From positions 690 to 64,689 of the forward strand of contig CAKOMR010000007.1 of NCBI GenBank assembly GCA_934096705.1: a stretch of 64,000 nt of DNA, given 5' to 3'. The position numbers and the translations under genes are program-made. The notes beneath the pieces were generated by a model. It saw only the letters and a list, made by a program, of their open reading frames with translations, was not told where the DNA came from and did no database searches. Below, piece by piece: positions 1 to 8,326 of the stretch. Each line of letters starts with the position of its first letter. Position 1 is the first letter of the stretch. This DNA comes from an uncultured Bacilli bacterium (lineage in GTDB: Bacteria > Bacillota_I > Bacilli_A > RF39 > UBA660).

Positions 1-971
1 ATTCCCCCTGTGATTATTATATAACTAATTTCTTTTTTTGTTAAGAGGTTAATTTGCTTTTTAATAAGACCTGATAATTCTTTTAATCTTGAAATTATTA
101 CAGCACTTACATCATACTCACTAATTGTTCTATCATCACCATTAATATCTTTAATAACGACGTTTTCATTAGGCCTAGCCATATGAATATCACAAACACC
201 CAAATTTTCTTTTAAAAATAATGCATCAACTTTCGAAGTTTTAAAAACATATGCAATATCTTTTTCAATTGATGATGAAGCAATATCAATTATTTCCGAA
301 GAAGTAAGAATTCCTTTATTGATTATTGATACCGTCGTGTTACTATAACCTATATTTACCACAGCACCAACTTCTTTGGCCATTTCTGGGGTTTTAAATT
401 CATAATAATCCGCAAGTGGAGAAACACATATATCAAATGCTTTAATTCCTATTTTTTCTAAACATTTTATAATATTATCAGAGTTATTTTTAGGAACCAA
501 AACCGCTACTACATTAACAGTTAATTTATTTGCTATTACTTTAAGTGGATTTGCTAAAACCTCATCATCATTTATTATAAACTTCGTAGGTAAAATAGAG
601 ACAAGTTCTTTATTATCACCTACTTTTTTATAAACACTTTTTTGCATTGCTTTAATTATATCATCATTTGTTACTACTTTATCTTCGTTTGTTATTGTTA
701 CACTACCACTAGAAACAAAACACTCAAGATTATCACTAGGAACATTTACTAATACTTTTTTTATAGGTAAGCCAATAATTTTTTCGGCCTTTTCAAAAGT
801 TTCCTTCAATGCATAAAATGCACTATCAGGATTAACTATATATCCTTGCTTTATTCCTTGAGAAGGACTTTCAACACATGCTAAAATATTAACTTTATTT
901 TTTTGAATTTCTCCAACAACAAGTTTTATTAAACTAGAACCAATATCCAAACTAGCAATAATCTTTCTCAT
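1..971 (-). CDS. ftsA: Cell division protein FtsA, N-terminal ~323 codons; the 3' end runs off the window
   Basis: Minus-strand ORF from the ATG at 971..969 reads MRKIIASLDIGSSLIKLVVGEIQK... and is still open at base 1 (...EISYIIITGG). It has the actin-fold DIGSS phosphate motif and an ITGG motif typical of FtsA. It is absent from the ORF track because it is truncated. Confidence 0.85.
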   Translation of the reverse strand, partial: MRKIIASLDIGSSLIKLVVGEIQKNKVNILACVESPSQGIKQGYIVNPDSAFYALKETFEKAEKIIGLPIKKVLVNVPSDNLECFVSSGSVTITNEDKVVTNDDIIKAMQKSVYKKVGDNKELVSILPTKFIINDDEVLANPLKVIANKLTVNVVAVLVPKNNSDNIIKCLEKIGIKAFDICVSPLADYYEFKTPEMAKEVGAVVNIGYSNTTVSIINKGILTSSEIIDIASSSIEKDIAYVFKTSKVDALFLKENLGVCDIHMARPNENVVIKDINGDDRTISEYDVSAVIISRLKELSGLIKKQINLLTKKEISYIIITGG

Positions 972-1032
972 TTCTCCCACCTATTTTTTATAAATTAATT
1001 ATACCTTAGATAATTATTCTTTACAAGCATAT

Positions 1033-1060
1033 TTGACTTAAAAAAAATATATATTATAAT
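1033..1060 (+). promoter_or_regulatory. Putative sigma-A promoter (TTGACT-16 nt-TATAAT) for the serine hydrolase gene
   Basis: TTGACT at 1033..1038 and TATAAT at 1055..1060. An AAAGGA RBS lies just before the ATG at 1080. Confidence 0.5.
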
Positions 1061-1079
1061 AGAAAGACAAAGGAAAATT

Positions 1080-2468
1080 ATGAATAAAACAATAAAAAGT
1101 ATTGATGAATTTTTAAATAGACTAGTAATTAATCAAAATAAAACCCCTATAGCAGATTTTAAAAATATTTATTCAAAAAGGGATTATTTTATTTTACTAA
1201 GCGATGTTGCATTACTACTTGCAGATTTTCCAGATGAGAATATAGAGTTTTATAAGAAAATCATTTTCGAATCTAGCAAAATCAAAAGTACTTTGTTAAG
1301 TTTTGTTATGGGTCAAAAAATGACTCCGAGTATGGTAGTAAAATATGGTAGTAAAAAATTAAATGACACTTTATATATAGGCAAAAGTGATGAAATAAAT
1401 GGTATTGATGTTATTAAAGACACACTATATGACCTAGCATCAACTTCGAAAATGTTTACTGCAGTAGCAATTTTAAAACTTTGTGAATGTGGTCTTATTA
1501 ACCTTGAGGATGAAGTTACAAAATATGAGCCTAGGTTTACAGGTCTTAAAGGAATTACTATTTTAGATCTTCTTTCATTTAGAGTACCTGTTAAAACAAA
1601 AGAAAGAATTGATGCTCAAAAAAGTGTAGCAGATGCTCAAAATGTACTTTTCACACTAGAAAAAGATGAAAATCATGACCCCAATTTTTTATACACAGAT
1701 ATGGGTTGTCTTGCTTTAAAATACGTTGTTGAAAATGTATCACAAATGACTTTTGACGAATTTTTAAATGAAGAAATTTTTAATAAGTTTGGTATGACTC
1801 ACACATGTTTAAATCCTGCAAATACGTATGATATTGCAAGTGAAAACTATGGCATGAAAGTAAATCAAAATGGAATTATTACCTTAGATAGAAACATTTT
1901 AACTGGTACTGTTCATGATCCTAAAACAAATGCTCTTGGACATAAAATTGGTAATGCTCCGGGACATGCTGGATATTTTTCAAGTGCTGATGATATGTTT
2001 TCATTTGCTCAAAATTTAGCACAGGAAAACATAATTAATAGAGAAAGTCTAGATTTATTAACTACTCCACTTGTTGGAAGTAATAATGCATATTATTTTG
2101 GACTTTTGAACTATTATAAACAAAATAATAAAAATTATATTAGAGTGCAAGATTTTTTGTCTGGAAAATCTAGTTTGTCACCCGGTTTTTCCGGAACATG
2201 TTTATGTGTTGATACATTAAATAACATCTACGGGTTTATCGGAGCAAATAGACTTCATAATAGAATTTATCAATTACCACCAAGATACAGAAGTAATATA
2301 GTTCCTATTTACGATGCCAGAATGTATCAAGGAAAATATGTAAATTTTGATTATACAGTAAAATGCTGTGATGTTATGAAAAAAATAATGGAGCTTTCAT
2401 TAAAATATGCATTTTTAGAGTATTTATTTGAACCTAAAAAAGAAATTAAATTAGTTAAAAAAATATAA
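1080..2468 (+). CDS. Serine hydrolase of the beta-lactamase / PBP4*-like (class C-like) family
   Basis: SxxK motif ASTSKMF, a later YTDMG (YxN-like) and GHAGYF (HxG replacing KTG). The 462-aa length is typical of EstB/AmpC-like esterases. Confidence 0.8.
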   Translation: MNKTIKSIDEFLNRLVINQNKTPIADFKNIYSKRDYFILLSDVALLLADFPDENIEFYKKIIFESSKIKSTLLSFVMGQKMTPSMVVKYGSKKLNDTLYIGKSDEINGIDVIKDTLYDLASTSKMFTAVAILKLCECGLINLEDEVTKYEPRFTGLKGITILDLLSFRVPVKTKERIDAQKSVADAQNVLFTLEKDENHDPNFLYTDMGCLALKYVVENVSQMTFDEFLNEEIFNKFGMTHTCLNPANTYDIASENYGMKVNQNGIITLDRNILTGTVHDPKTNALGHKIGNAPGHAGYFSSADDMFSFAQNLAQENIINRESLDLLTTPLVGSNNAYYFGLLNYYKQNNKNYIRVQDFLSGKSSLSPGFSGTCLCVDTLNNIYGFIGANRLHNRIYQLPPRYRSNIVPIYDARMYQGKYVNFDYTVKCCDVMKKIMELSLKYAFLEYLFEPKKEIKLVKKI

Positions 2469-2473
2469 AAAAA

Positions 2474-2493
2474 ATAATGCTTTTACGCATTAT
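2474..2493. terminator. Bidirectional rho-independent terminator between convergent genes
   Basis: ATAATGC-ttttac-GCATTAT hairpin with an A-run on one side and a T-run on the other. It overlaps the rplT stop codon. Confidence 0.6.
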
Positions 2494-3059
2494 TTTTTTA
2501 ATTTTTCAATTAATTCAGGTTTCTTTAACGTACTAAATCCTTTAATACCTTTTTCTTTAGCTATAGCTTTTAAATCAGCTAAACTCATTGATTCTAAATC
2601 TTCTTTTATTTCTTCAACTTTAGCTTCAACTTTTTCAGCTGCTTTTTTTACAGTAGATTTTACTTCTTTAACTGTTTCTTTGATTTCTTCTTTAACCATT
2701 TCACCTAATAGAGCTTTTTTAGCAGTAACTACTAAAGCTGAAAAACTTTTAGGATCATCAATTGCAAGTTCAGAAAGCATTTTACGATTAATTTCAATAC
2801 CAGCTTTAGTTAAACCACTAATAAATTTAGAATAACTTATATCATTTTCTCTACAAGCAGCATTGATTCTTGTAATCCATAATTTTCTGAAATTTCTTTT
2901 GTTTTGTTTACGGTCTCTATAAGCATATGCTCCACTATGGAATAATTGTTCTTGAGCTGTTTTATATAATCTGTGTTTACTTCCAAAGTAACCTTTAGCT
3001 TCTTTTAAAACTTTTCTTCTTCTGTTTTTAGCGACATTTCCGCCTTTAACTCTTGCCAT
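2490..3059 (-). CDS. rplT: 50S ribosomal protein L20 with a ~70-aa C-terminal extension (K/E-rich linker plus Rho_N/SAP-like helix-hairpin)
   Basis: The N-terminal ~118 aa, [38 protein letters not shown]...[23 protein letters not shown], is canonical L20. The tail ...[33 protein letters not shown] resembles the Rho N-terminal domain. The gene is last in the infC-rpmI-rplT order. Confidence 0.95.
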   Translation of the reverse strand: MARVKGGNVAKNRRRKVLKEAKGYFGSKHRLYKTAQEQLFHSGAYAYRDRKQNKRNFRKLWITRINAACRENDISYSKFISGLTKAGIEINRKMLSELAIDDPKSFSALVVTAKKALLGEMVKEEIKETVKEVKSTVKKAAEKVEAKVEEIKEDLESMSLADLKAIAKEKGIKGFSTLKKPELIEKLKK

Positions 3060-3073
3060 TAATTACACCACCC

Positions 3074-3268
3074 TTATATTACTTTAGAAAGGCCTTGAGC
3101 CATTCCTTTTGCTAATACGCCTTTTCCTCTTCTTTGACGAACAGACTTAGCACTATCCTTTCCAGTTTTGTGATTTGAATTACCCTTTTTAAAAGTAATT
3201 GTACCATTTTTCTTTTTGTTTAACACTTTACTACTAGCTTTATGTGTTTTTTGTTTACATTTTCCCAT
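3074..3268 (-). CDS. rpmI: 50S ribosomal protein L35
   Basis: A 64-aa very basic protein, MGKCKQKTHKASSKVLNKKKNG...RQRRGKGVL, located between infC and rplT. Confidence 0.93.
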   Translation of the reverse strand: MGKCKQKTHKASSKVLNKKKNGTITFKKGNSNHKTGKDSAKSVRQRRGKGVLAKGMAQGLSKVI

Positions 3269-3283
3269 AAATAAACTTCCTTT

Positions 3284-3805
3284 CTATTTTTTTGGAGCGA
3301 GCATCATATAAGCTTGACGACCATCCAATTGAGGTTTTTGTTCAACATCAGCAACTTCTGAAAGAGCCTCTGCAAATCTATTTAGTACATCGTATCCAAG
3401 TTCTGGATGAGCCATTTGTCTTCCTTTAAAACGAATAAATGCTTTAATTTTATGACCTTTTTTTAAATAACTCTCTGCATTTCTTCGACGTGTTTCAAAA
3501 TCACCAACATCAATTGTAACAGATAAACGATATTCTTTAATTTCTTTGCTTGTTTCTCTTTGTTTCTTTTGTGCATCTTTTAATTTCTTTTGTTTTTCAT
3601 AACGGAATTTATTATAATCCATTATCTTAGTAACAGCAACACCATTACCTTGGTTCATTAAAACTAAATCTAGCCCTGCATAATTTGCAAGTGTAAGTGC
3701 ATCACTTAGTTTTTTAATGCCCATCTTTTCCCCATTTGGACCTATTACCATTACTTCTTCAGCTTTAATCTGATTATTAATTGGTAACTCTTCAATCTTT
3801 GCTAT
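3284..3805 (-). CDS. infC: Translation initiation factor IF-3, probably initiating at a non-canonical ATA codon
   Basis: The track ORF starts at an internal Met (3751). The frame stays open upstream: ATA GCA AAG ATT GAA GAG TTA CCA ATT AAT AAT CAG ATT AAA GCT GAA GAA GTA ATG. This gives the conserved IF-3 N-terminus (INxQIKAxEV.VIG.xGE). A GGGAGG RBS sits 9 nt before the ATA at 3805..3803. Confidence 0.85.
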   Translation of the reverse strand: MAKIEELPINNQIKAEEVMVIGPNGEKMGIKKLSDALTLANYAGLDLVLMNQGNGVAVTKIMDYNKFRYEKQKKLKDAQKKQRETSKEIKEYRLSVTIDVGDFETRRRNAESYLKKGHKIKAFIRFKGRQMAHPELGYDVLNRFAEALSEVADVEQKPQLDGRQAYMMLAPKK

Positions 3806-3945
3806 ATAGCTTCGCCTCCCTTAATATAATTAAAAAGGTGGATATAATTATCCACCTTAAAAAGCTAATATAATCATTAGGCCTTTTACCTATCAATATT
3901 CTTGATCAGGTGGATATTTATCTCTTTCCTTCGTTAACTACAAAT
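3806..3945 (-). promoter_or_regulatory. L20-leader-type transcription attenuator of the infC-rpmI-rplT operon
   Basis: The minus-strand RNA contains a terminator hairpin AAGGUGGAUA-auua-UAUCCACCUU (3858..3835) followed by UUUAAUU. An upstream copy of UAUCCACC (3916..3909) can pair with the 5' arm as an alternative (antiterminator-type) structure. The position matches the Firmicute L20 leader. Confidence 0.6.
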
Positions 3946-3974
3946 AGTTTACACTTAAATATATGTTTTGTCAA
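3946..3974 (-). promoter_or_regulatory. Putative sigma-A promoter of the infC operon (TTGACA-17 nt-TAAACT)
   Basis: On the minus strand, TTGACA at 3974..3969 and TAAACT at 3951..3946. Confidence 0.5.
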
Positions 3975-3982
3975 GTATATTA

Positions 3983-4843
3983 TTACCTTAAAAATCTTAA
4001 AGTTCTAGATTTTTCTGGCATATTTGAATAATAAATAGTGTTCATTAACTTTTCCTTGTCAAAAGGTACATAAACTTTTTCAGTATCAAAACCACCATTT
4101 ATTTTTTCTTTTAAAATAATATAACTTGCTAAATCTTTATCACTTTCTTGCCATCCCATACCGGCAGCTCTTATTGTATGTATTTTTGTATTTTCTAATT
4201 CATCTTCCATTTTAAAATGCACATGTCCTTGAAAAACATCATCGTATTCAGTAACACTTTTACCATGAAATAATGGTTCTTCATAAGAGTCTTTACAACC
4301 TTTACCTTCTAAAATACCAGTATGCTGTAAATAATAATCTAAATTCTTTTGATATTCAGGACTATTTGTATATAAAAATTGTTGTGCACCCTTACCAAAT
4401 CCATAATTTCTTTGATAAGTCCATGTACTTCTTAATGAATAATCCCATCTAACATCATTAATAAAATGACATAAAGCAACTTTTTTCTTTCCAATATCTA
4501 AATCAATTGACGCTTTACTACTATTTAAATAGTCTAAATAATCAGAAATTTTTGAAAGTGTCCAATATATAAGTTCTTTTCTTGATTCACTTATATAATT
4601 AAAAGGCCCAGTTCCAAGCATTACATAACATTCTGAGTTTCCAAGAACTTGAGAAACATTATTTTCCTGCATAAGTTTTAATACTTCCACCGGGCTTGGC
4701 CCATCTATAATGCTATCGCCTAAAGAATATATTTCTGTTATGCCTCTTCTTTTTATATCGTCCATAATACTTTCTAAAGGTTCATACATTCCATGAACAT
4801 CAGTAAAAAGTGCAATTTGCCTTCCTGTATAAATATTTTCCAT
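3983..4843 (-). CDS. Metallophosphoesterase (calcineurin-like phosphoesterase family)
   Basis: Motifs DVHG, GDSIIDGP, GNSE and GHVH in the canonical order. The start is probably MENIYTG (4843) rather than the upstream ATG at 4897. Confidence 0.75.
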   Translation of the reverse strand: MENIYTGRQIALFTDVHGMYEPLESIMDDIKRRGITEIYSLGDSIIDGPSPVEVLKLMQENNVSQVLGNSECYVMLGTGPFNYISESRKELIYWTLSKISDYLDYLNSSKASIDLDIGKKKVALCHFINDVRWDYSLRSTWTYQRNYGFGKGAQQFLYTNSPEYQKNLDYYLQHTGILEGKGCKDSYEEPLFHGKSVTEYDDVFQGHVHFKMEDELENTKIHTIRAAGMGWQESDKDLASYIILKEKINGGFDTEKVYVPFDKEKLMNTIYYSNMPEKSRTLRFLR

Positions 4844-4903
4844 TACTAGTACCCCTGATTTGCCCAGTATTATACCAAAAAAAGAAAAAATAGTCAAATT
4901 TAA

Positions 4904-5941
4904 CTATTTTTCTTTCTTCTCCTCTTTTAAAATAGATGACTTAAATCCATAATGAGTACGTATTTTATTTTCTAATTCATCTTTTAAAGCAGGATTGTTT
5001 TTTAAATATGTTTTAACATTTTCTTTTCCTTGGCCAATTTTTTCGCCATTATATGAATACCAAGCACCGCTTTTATCAATTATATCAATATCACTTGCTA
5101 AATCAATAATTTCGCCTTCTCTAGATATTCCTTCTCCATACATTATATCAACACATGCAGTTCTAAATGGTGGAGAAACTTTATTTTTTACAACTTTAAT
5201 ATTTACTTTATTACCAATTACAGTATCTCCACTTTTAATTTGTTCTCCTTTACGAATATCAAGTCGAACACTTGCGTAGAATTTTAATGCTCTTCCGCCT
5301 GGAGTTGTTTCTGGGTTACCAAACATAATACCAACTTTTTCTCTTAGTTGATTAATAAAAATACATGTTGTTTTACTTTTATTCATATTTCCAGATAACT
5401 TTCTTAGAGCTTGACTCATAAGTCTTGCCTGAAGGCCAACATGAGAGTCTCCCATTTCACCATCAATCTCTGCCTGAGGTACAAGTGCTGCAACTGAATC
5501 GATCACAATTAAATCTACAGCTTCACTTTTAACTAAAGCATCACAAATTTCTAATGCTTGCTCACCAGTATCAGGTTGACTTAATAATAAATTATTAATA
5601 TTAACTCCTAGATTTTTTGCATATACTGGGTCAAGAGCATGTTCAGCATCTATAAATGCTGCTCTTCCACCTTTTTTTTGAACCTCAGCTATAGCTTGCA
5701 ATGCAATTGTTGTTTTACCACTACTTTCAGGTCCAAATATTTCGATAATTCTTCCTACAGGAAAGCCACCAACACCTAATGCAATATCAAGAGAAAGTGA
5801 TCCCGAAGAAGTCGTATCAATTTCAATATGTTCTTCGTTACCAAGGCGCATAATTGCACCTTTTCCAAATTGTTTTTCTATATCAGCAAGAACTTGTTCT
5901 AGTACCTTATCTTTATCCTTTTCATCTTTTGTTATTTTCAT
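4904..5941 (-). CDS. recA: Recombinase RecA
   Basis: [29 protein letters not shown] (Walker A), [10 protein letters not shown] and IVIDSVAAL. 345 aa. Confidence 0.98.
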   Translation of the reverse strand: MKITKDEKDKDKVLEQVLADIEKQFGKGAIMRLGNEEHIEIDTTSSGSLSLDIALGVGGFPVGRIIEIFGPESSGKTTIALQAIAEVQKKGGRAAFIDAEHALDPVYAKNLGVNINNLLLSQPDTGEQALEICDALVKSEAVDLIVIDSVAALVPQAEIDGEMGDSHVGLQARLMSQALRKLSGNMNKSKTTCIFINQLREKVGIMFGNPETTPGGRALKFYASVRLDIRKGEQIKSGDTVIGNKVNIKVVKNKVSPPFRTACVDIMYGEGISREGEIIDLASDIDIIDKSGAWYSYNGEKIGQGKENVKTYLKNNPALKDELENKIRTHYGFKSSILKEEKKEK

Positions 5942-5972
5942 ATGTTCTCCTTACTAAAACTCTGACATTTTC

Positions 5973-6009
5973 ATTGTATCTTACTTATAATTAAAAGTAA
6001 AGATACAAT
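5973..6009 (-). other. 14-15 bp stem-loop at the 5' end of the predicted recA mRNA
   Basis: ATTGTATCTTACTT / AAGTAAAGATACAAT inverted repeat with an 8-nt loop and no trailing U-run. It begins about 10 nt downstream of the predicted transcription start. Confidence 0.45.
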
Positions 6010-6026
6010 ACGTCTAAGATAATTTA

Positions 6027-6055
6027 ATTATATTATAGATATATTTATTTGTCAA
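6027..6055 (-). promoter_or_regulatory. Putative recA promoter (TTGACA-17 nt-TATAAT)
   Basis: On the minus strand, TTGACA at 6055..6050 and TATAAT at 6032..6027. Confidence 0.55.
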
Positions 6056-6067
6056 GAACATTTGTTT
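6056..6067. promoter_or_regulatory. Cheo-box-like LexA operator (GAAC-N4-GTTT; one mismatch to GAAC-N4-GTTC)
   Basis: GAACATTTGTTT lies directly next to the -35 of the recA promoter. recA is a classic LexA target in Firmicutes. Confidence 0.45.
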
Positions 6068-6068
6068 G

Positions 6069-6821
6069 CTATTTTCTGGCAACTATTCCATAGTACCTTC
6101 TTATAAGCCTAATTTTCCCATTATAAGTGTTTCTAGCAATATATTTATCAAGCTTTTCATCATCAATTTCATTAGATTGAATTATTTTTTCATCATCAAA
6201 ATCATTTATTATTGGAACTTTTAATAGAAACTCTTTAAAAACTTTTTTATTTTTAAAGTATTCTCTTTCATGGATTGGCACAAGTTCTACGTCTTTAAAA
6301 CCTGCACTTAATACATTTTCATAATCAATTATACTTATAGGCTTTTTTGGTAGCTCATTTTTTTTGCCAAATATTAGTTTCAATTCATAGCAATCATATT
6401 TATCAACACCTCTAATAAAAAGATAACCACCATTTTTTAATGAATCATATATTTGTTTAGGAGCTGTAACAGTATTTCTTGCAACAATTACATCATAATA
6501 ATTTTTAGGCACATTCATTTTTAAATTATCCATTATTTTAAAAGATATATTTTTTCTTTTACTTAATATAAGATTTTTCTTTGCTGTTTTAATCATCTGT
6601 TTTGAATAATCAGTTCCAAGTATTTCTTTTACATCTGGATAATTTTTAAGTAATTTTTCTCCCCCACCAGTACCAAGATCTAATATTTTTGAATTTTTAC
6701 TACATACCTTTCTTATATTTTCGTAAAGGTCCCAGTTTGTTAATTTTTCACTTTCAATTTCAAATTTGCTAAAATCCCAATTTTTTGTTTTTTCATAAAA
6801 ATCTTTTTCTAAAATTTTCAT
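6069..6821 (-). CDS. Class I SAM-dependent methyltransferase
   Basis: Motif I ILDLGTGGGE and a later DVIVARN. The start is placed at MKILEKDF (6821), which is preceded by AAAGGA. The track start at 6839 has no RBS. Confidence 0.75.
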   Translation of the reverse strand: MKILEKDFYEKTKNWDFSKFEIESEKLTNWDLYENIRKVCSKNSKILDLGTGGGEKLLKNYPDVKEILGTDYSKQMIKTAKKNLILSKRKNISFKIMDNLKMNVPKNYYDVIVARNTVTAPKQIYDSLKNGGYLFIRGVDKYDCYELKLIFGKKNELPKKPISIIDYENVLSAGFKDVELVPIHEREYFKNKKVFKEFLLKVPIINDFDDEKIIQSNEIDDEKLDKYIARNTYNGKIRLIRRYYGIVARK

Positions 6822-6860
6822 AACTACCATCCTTTTCATTTAAATTCATCGTGATTGTAA

Positions 6861-7028
6861 AAAATAAAAAAAGAACCTCCTTTCATGAACATACGACAAA
6901 AACCAATCACAAATAATTGTGTATGATTATTTGCCATTCATGAGGAGATTCTTAAGACTTCTCATTATTCCTTTAAACTATTCAGTTTATCTGGTAGTAA
7001 AACGCGAATGGACTAATTGAATTACTAC
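6861..7028 (-). other. Unclassified structured RNA region (compound terminator, leader or sRNA)
   Basis: A 7-bp hairpin GTAGTAA/TTACTAC (6994..7028). A long-range ~15-bp helix (6937..6951 with 6873..6890) encloses an inner imperfect hairpin. On the minus strand the helix is followed by UUUUUUUAUUUU. Its single non-Watson-Crick position is G-U only in the minus-strand reading. Confidence 0.3.
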
Positions 7029-7052
7029 AAACAAAATATAACATATTAATGT

Positions 7053-7448
7053 TTAATTTTCAAGAAAGTTTTTTATTATTTCAATTTCTTCATTAATATC
7101 TTTATAAGACTTAATAGTAAAGTTATTGCATCCTCTTGGAAGAGATGAAGGTATTGGCATATTTTCATCATATACCACTAAAGTTTTAGTTTTAAGCATA
7201 TGAAAAACTCCAAGTTCAAAGCCAACACCAGTAGATGGAATAGAAATATCTGCAATGCAAACATCTGCATTATTCATATTTTTATAATCTCTATTAAACA
7301 CAACTTCCGGTTCATAATCTTTAACTACCTTATCAGCCACAAATTCATTTAAAATTGTTCCATAATTTTTTAAATAATTAATAATTTGTTCATAATTTTC
7401 TTGTTTTTCTCTACTACCAGTCATTGAACCACAAAAATACAATTTCAT
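7053..7448 (-). CDS. Nucleoside 2-deoxyribosyltransferase-like / DNPH1 (Rcl)-like 2'-deoxynucleoside 5'-phosphate N-hydrolase
   Basis: MKLYFCGSMTGSRE...ADISIPSTGVGFELG mirrors the DNPH1 signature (YFCGSIRGGRED...PSLGVGYELG). Confidence 0.75.
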   Translation of the reverse strand: MKLYFCGSMTGSREKQENYEQIINYLKNYGTILNEFVADKVVKDYEPEVVFNRDYKNMNNADVCIADISIPSTGVGFELGVFHMLKTKTLVVYDENMPIPSSLPRGCNNFTIKSYKDINEEIEIIKNFLEN

Positions 7449-8326
7449 TAATTTCTCCTATTCTTACTTATAAGTTCCATGTCAATTGTAAGCTGCTTAA
7501 TTCTTTCTATAATCCTTCTTGCTTTAACAAAATCAATATTATCTTTCGTTAAAGATAAATGTTTTTCTAGCTCAGTAATATTTAAATTACTCGTAAAAAA
7601 TGTTGTCAAATGTTTATTCATTCGAGCTTGTAAAATAGTTCCAAGTATTTCATCTCTACCCCAAGTTGTAACATTTTCTGCACCAATATCATCTAACACA
7701 AGTACATCAACTAAACTATACTTTCTTACTTTACTATCTACTAAACTCAAGTCGTCTTTTAAAATTCTTAAAAGTTCTGGATAATAAACAATTTCATAAT
7801 TAATATTTTTTTTAATTTTAAGTTCATTTAATAAGGTTGCAACTAAAAACGTTTTACCGCTACCAAAACTTCCATGTAAATATAATCCTTTCAACCCTTT
7901 TCCAGGTTCATACTCATCATAAAACTTTTTTAAAAATTTAATTAATTCTATTCTATTTTTGTCGCTAACATCTATATCTTTCATTCGAGCATTTAAAAGT
8001 TCATTATTTTCATCTTGTTTACTAATTTTTTCTTCTTGCTCTTTTAACTTTTTACACTTTGCATAGCCAAAATAAATTTTACTTTCTTTATTTTCCGGAT
8101 AATAAACATAACCTTTAATTTTATTCTTACATTCATTAAGACATGTACAATTTTTGCAATTATTAAGTTCCTCCAAAGTTTCTTCAAAAGATGATAAATT
8201 ATTAATAATTTCGTTTTCAGGTACTTTAAATTTTTTCACTAAAGAAGAAAAATTTGGATCTAATTTAACTTTTAAATAATTTTCTTTTAAAATATTTTCA
8301 TTATAATTACTACTTATTTTTTCCAT
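7448..8326 (-). CDS. dnaI: Primosomal helicase loader DnaI
   Basis: N-terminal Cys-rich zinc module (CKNCTCLNECKN). AAA+ core GLYLHGSFGSGKTFL and VLVLDDIG. It directly follows Bacillus-type dnaB. Confidence 0.88.
   Translation of the reverse strand: MEKISSNYNENILKENYLKVKLDPNFSSLVKKFKVPENEIINNLSSFEETLEELNNCKNCTCLNECKNKIKGYVYYPENKESKIYFGYAKCKKLKEQEEKISKQDENNELLNARMKDIDVSDKNRIELIKFLKKFYDEYEPGKGLKGLYLHGSFGSGKTFLVATLLNELKIKKNINYEIVYYPELLRILKDDLSLVDSKVRKYSLVDVLVLDDIGAENVTTWGRDEILGTILQARMNKHLTTFFTSNLNITELEKHLSLTKDNIDFVKARRIIERIKQLTIDMELISKNRRN

Noticed and set aside
3835-3916. Repeated TATCCACC / GGTGGATA, considered as DnaA boxes or an oriC fragment
   Set aside because: The sequence is one base off TTATCCACA. 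There are only two or three copies, they form the terminator/antiterminator helices of the infC leader, and there is no dnaA/dnaN context.
4995-5279. Plus-strand ORF antisense to recA. The same applies to 7479..7784, 14378..14593, 15944..16186, 16408..16596, 19733..19990, 21298..21579, 25032..25310, 27507..27737, 30205..30420, 33314..33658, 37039..37335, 42185..42382, 45164..45373, 46742..46933, 48267..48482, 49349..49531, 54608..54892, 55116..55439, 62486..62677 and 63571..63798
   Set aside because: All lie antisense to, or overlap, strongly supported genes or regulatory regions. They have low-complexity Ile/Phe/Leu/Ser-rich translations and lack RBSs, so they are typical shadow ORFs of an AT-rich genome.
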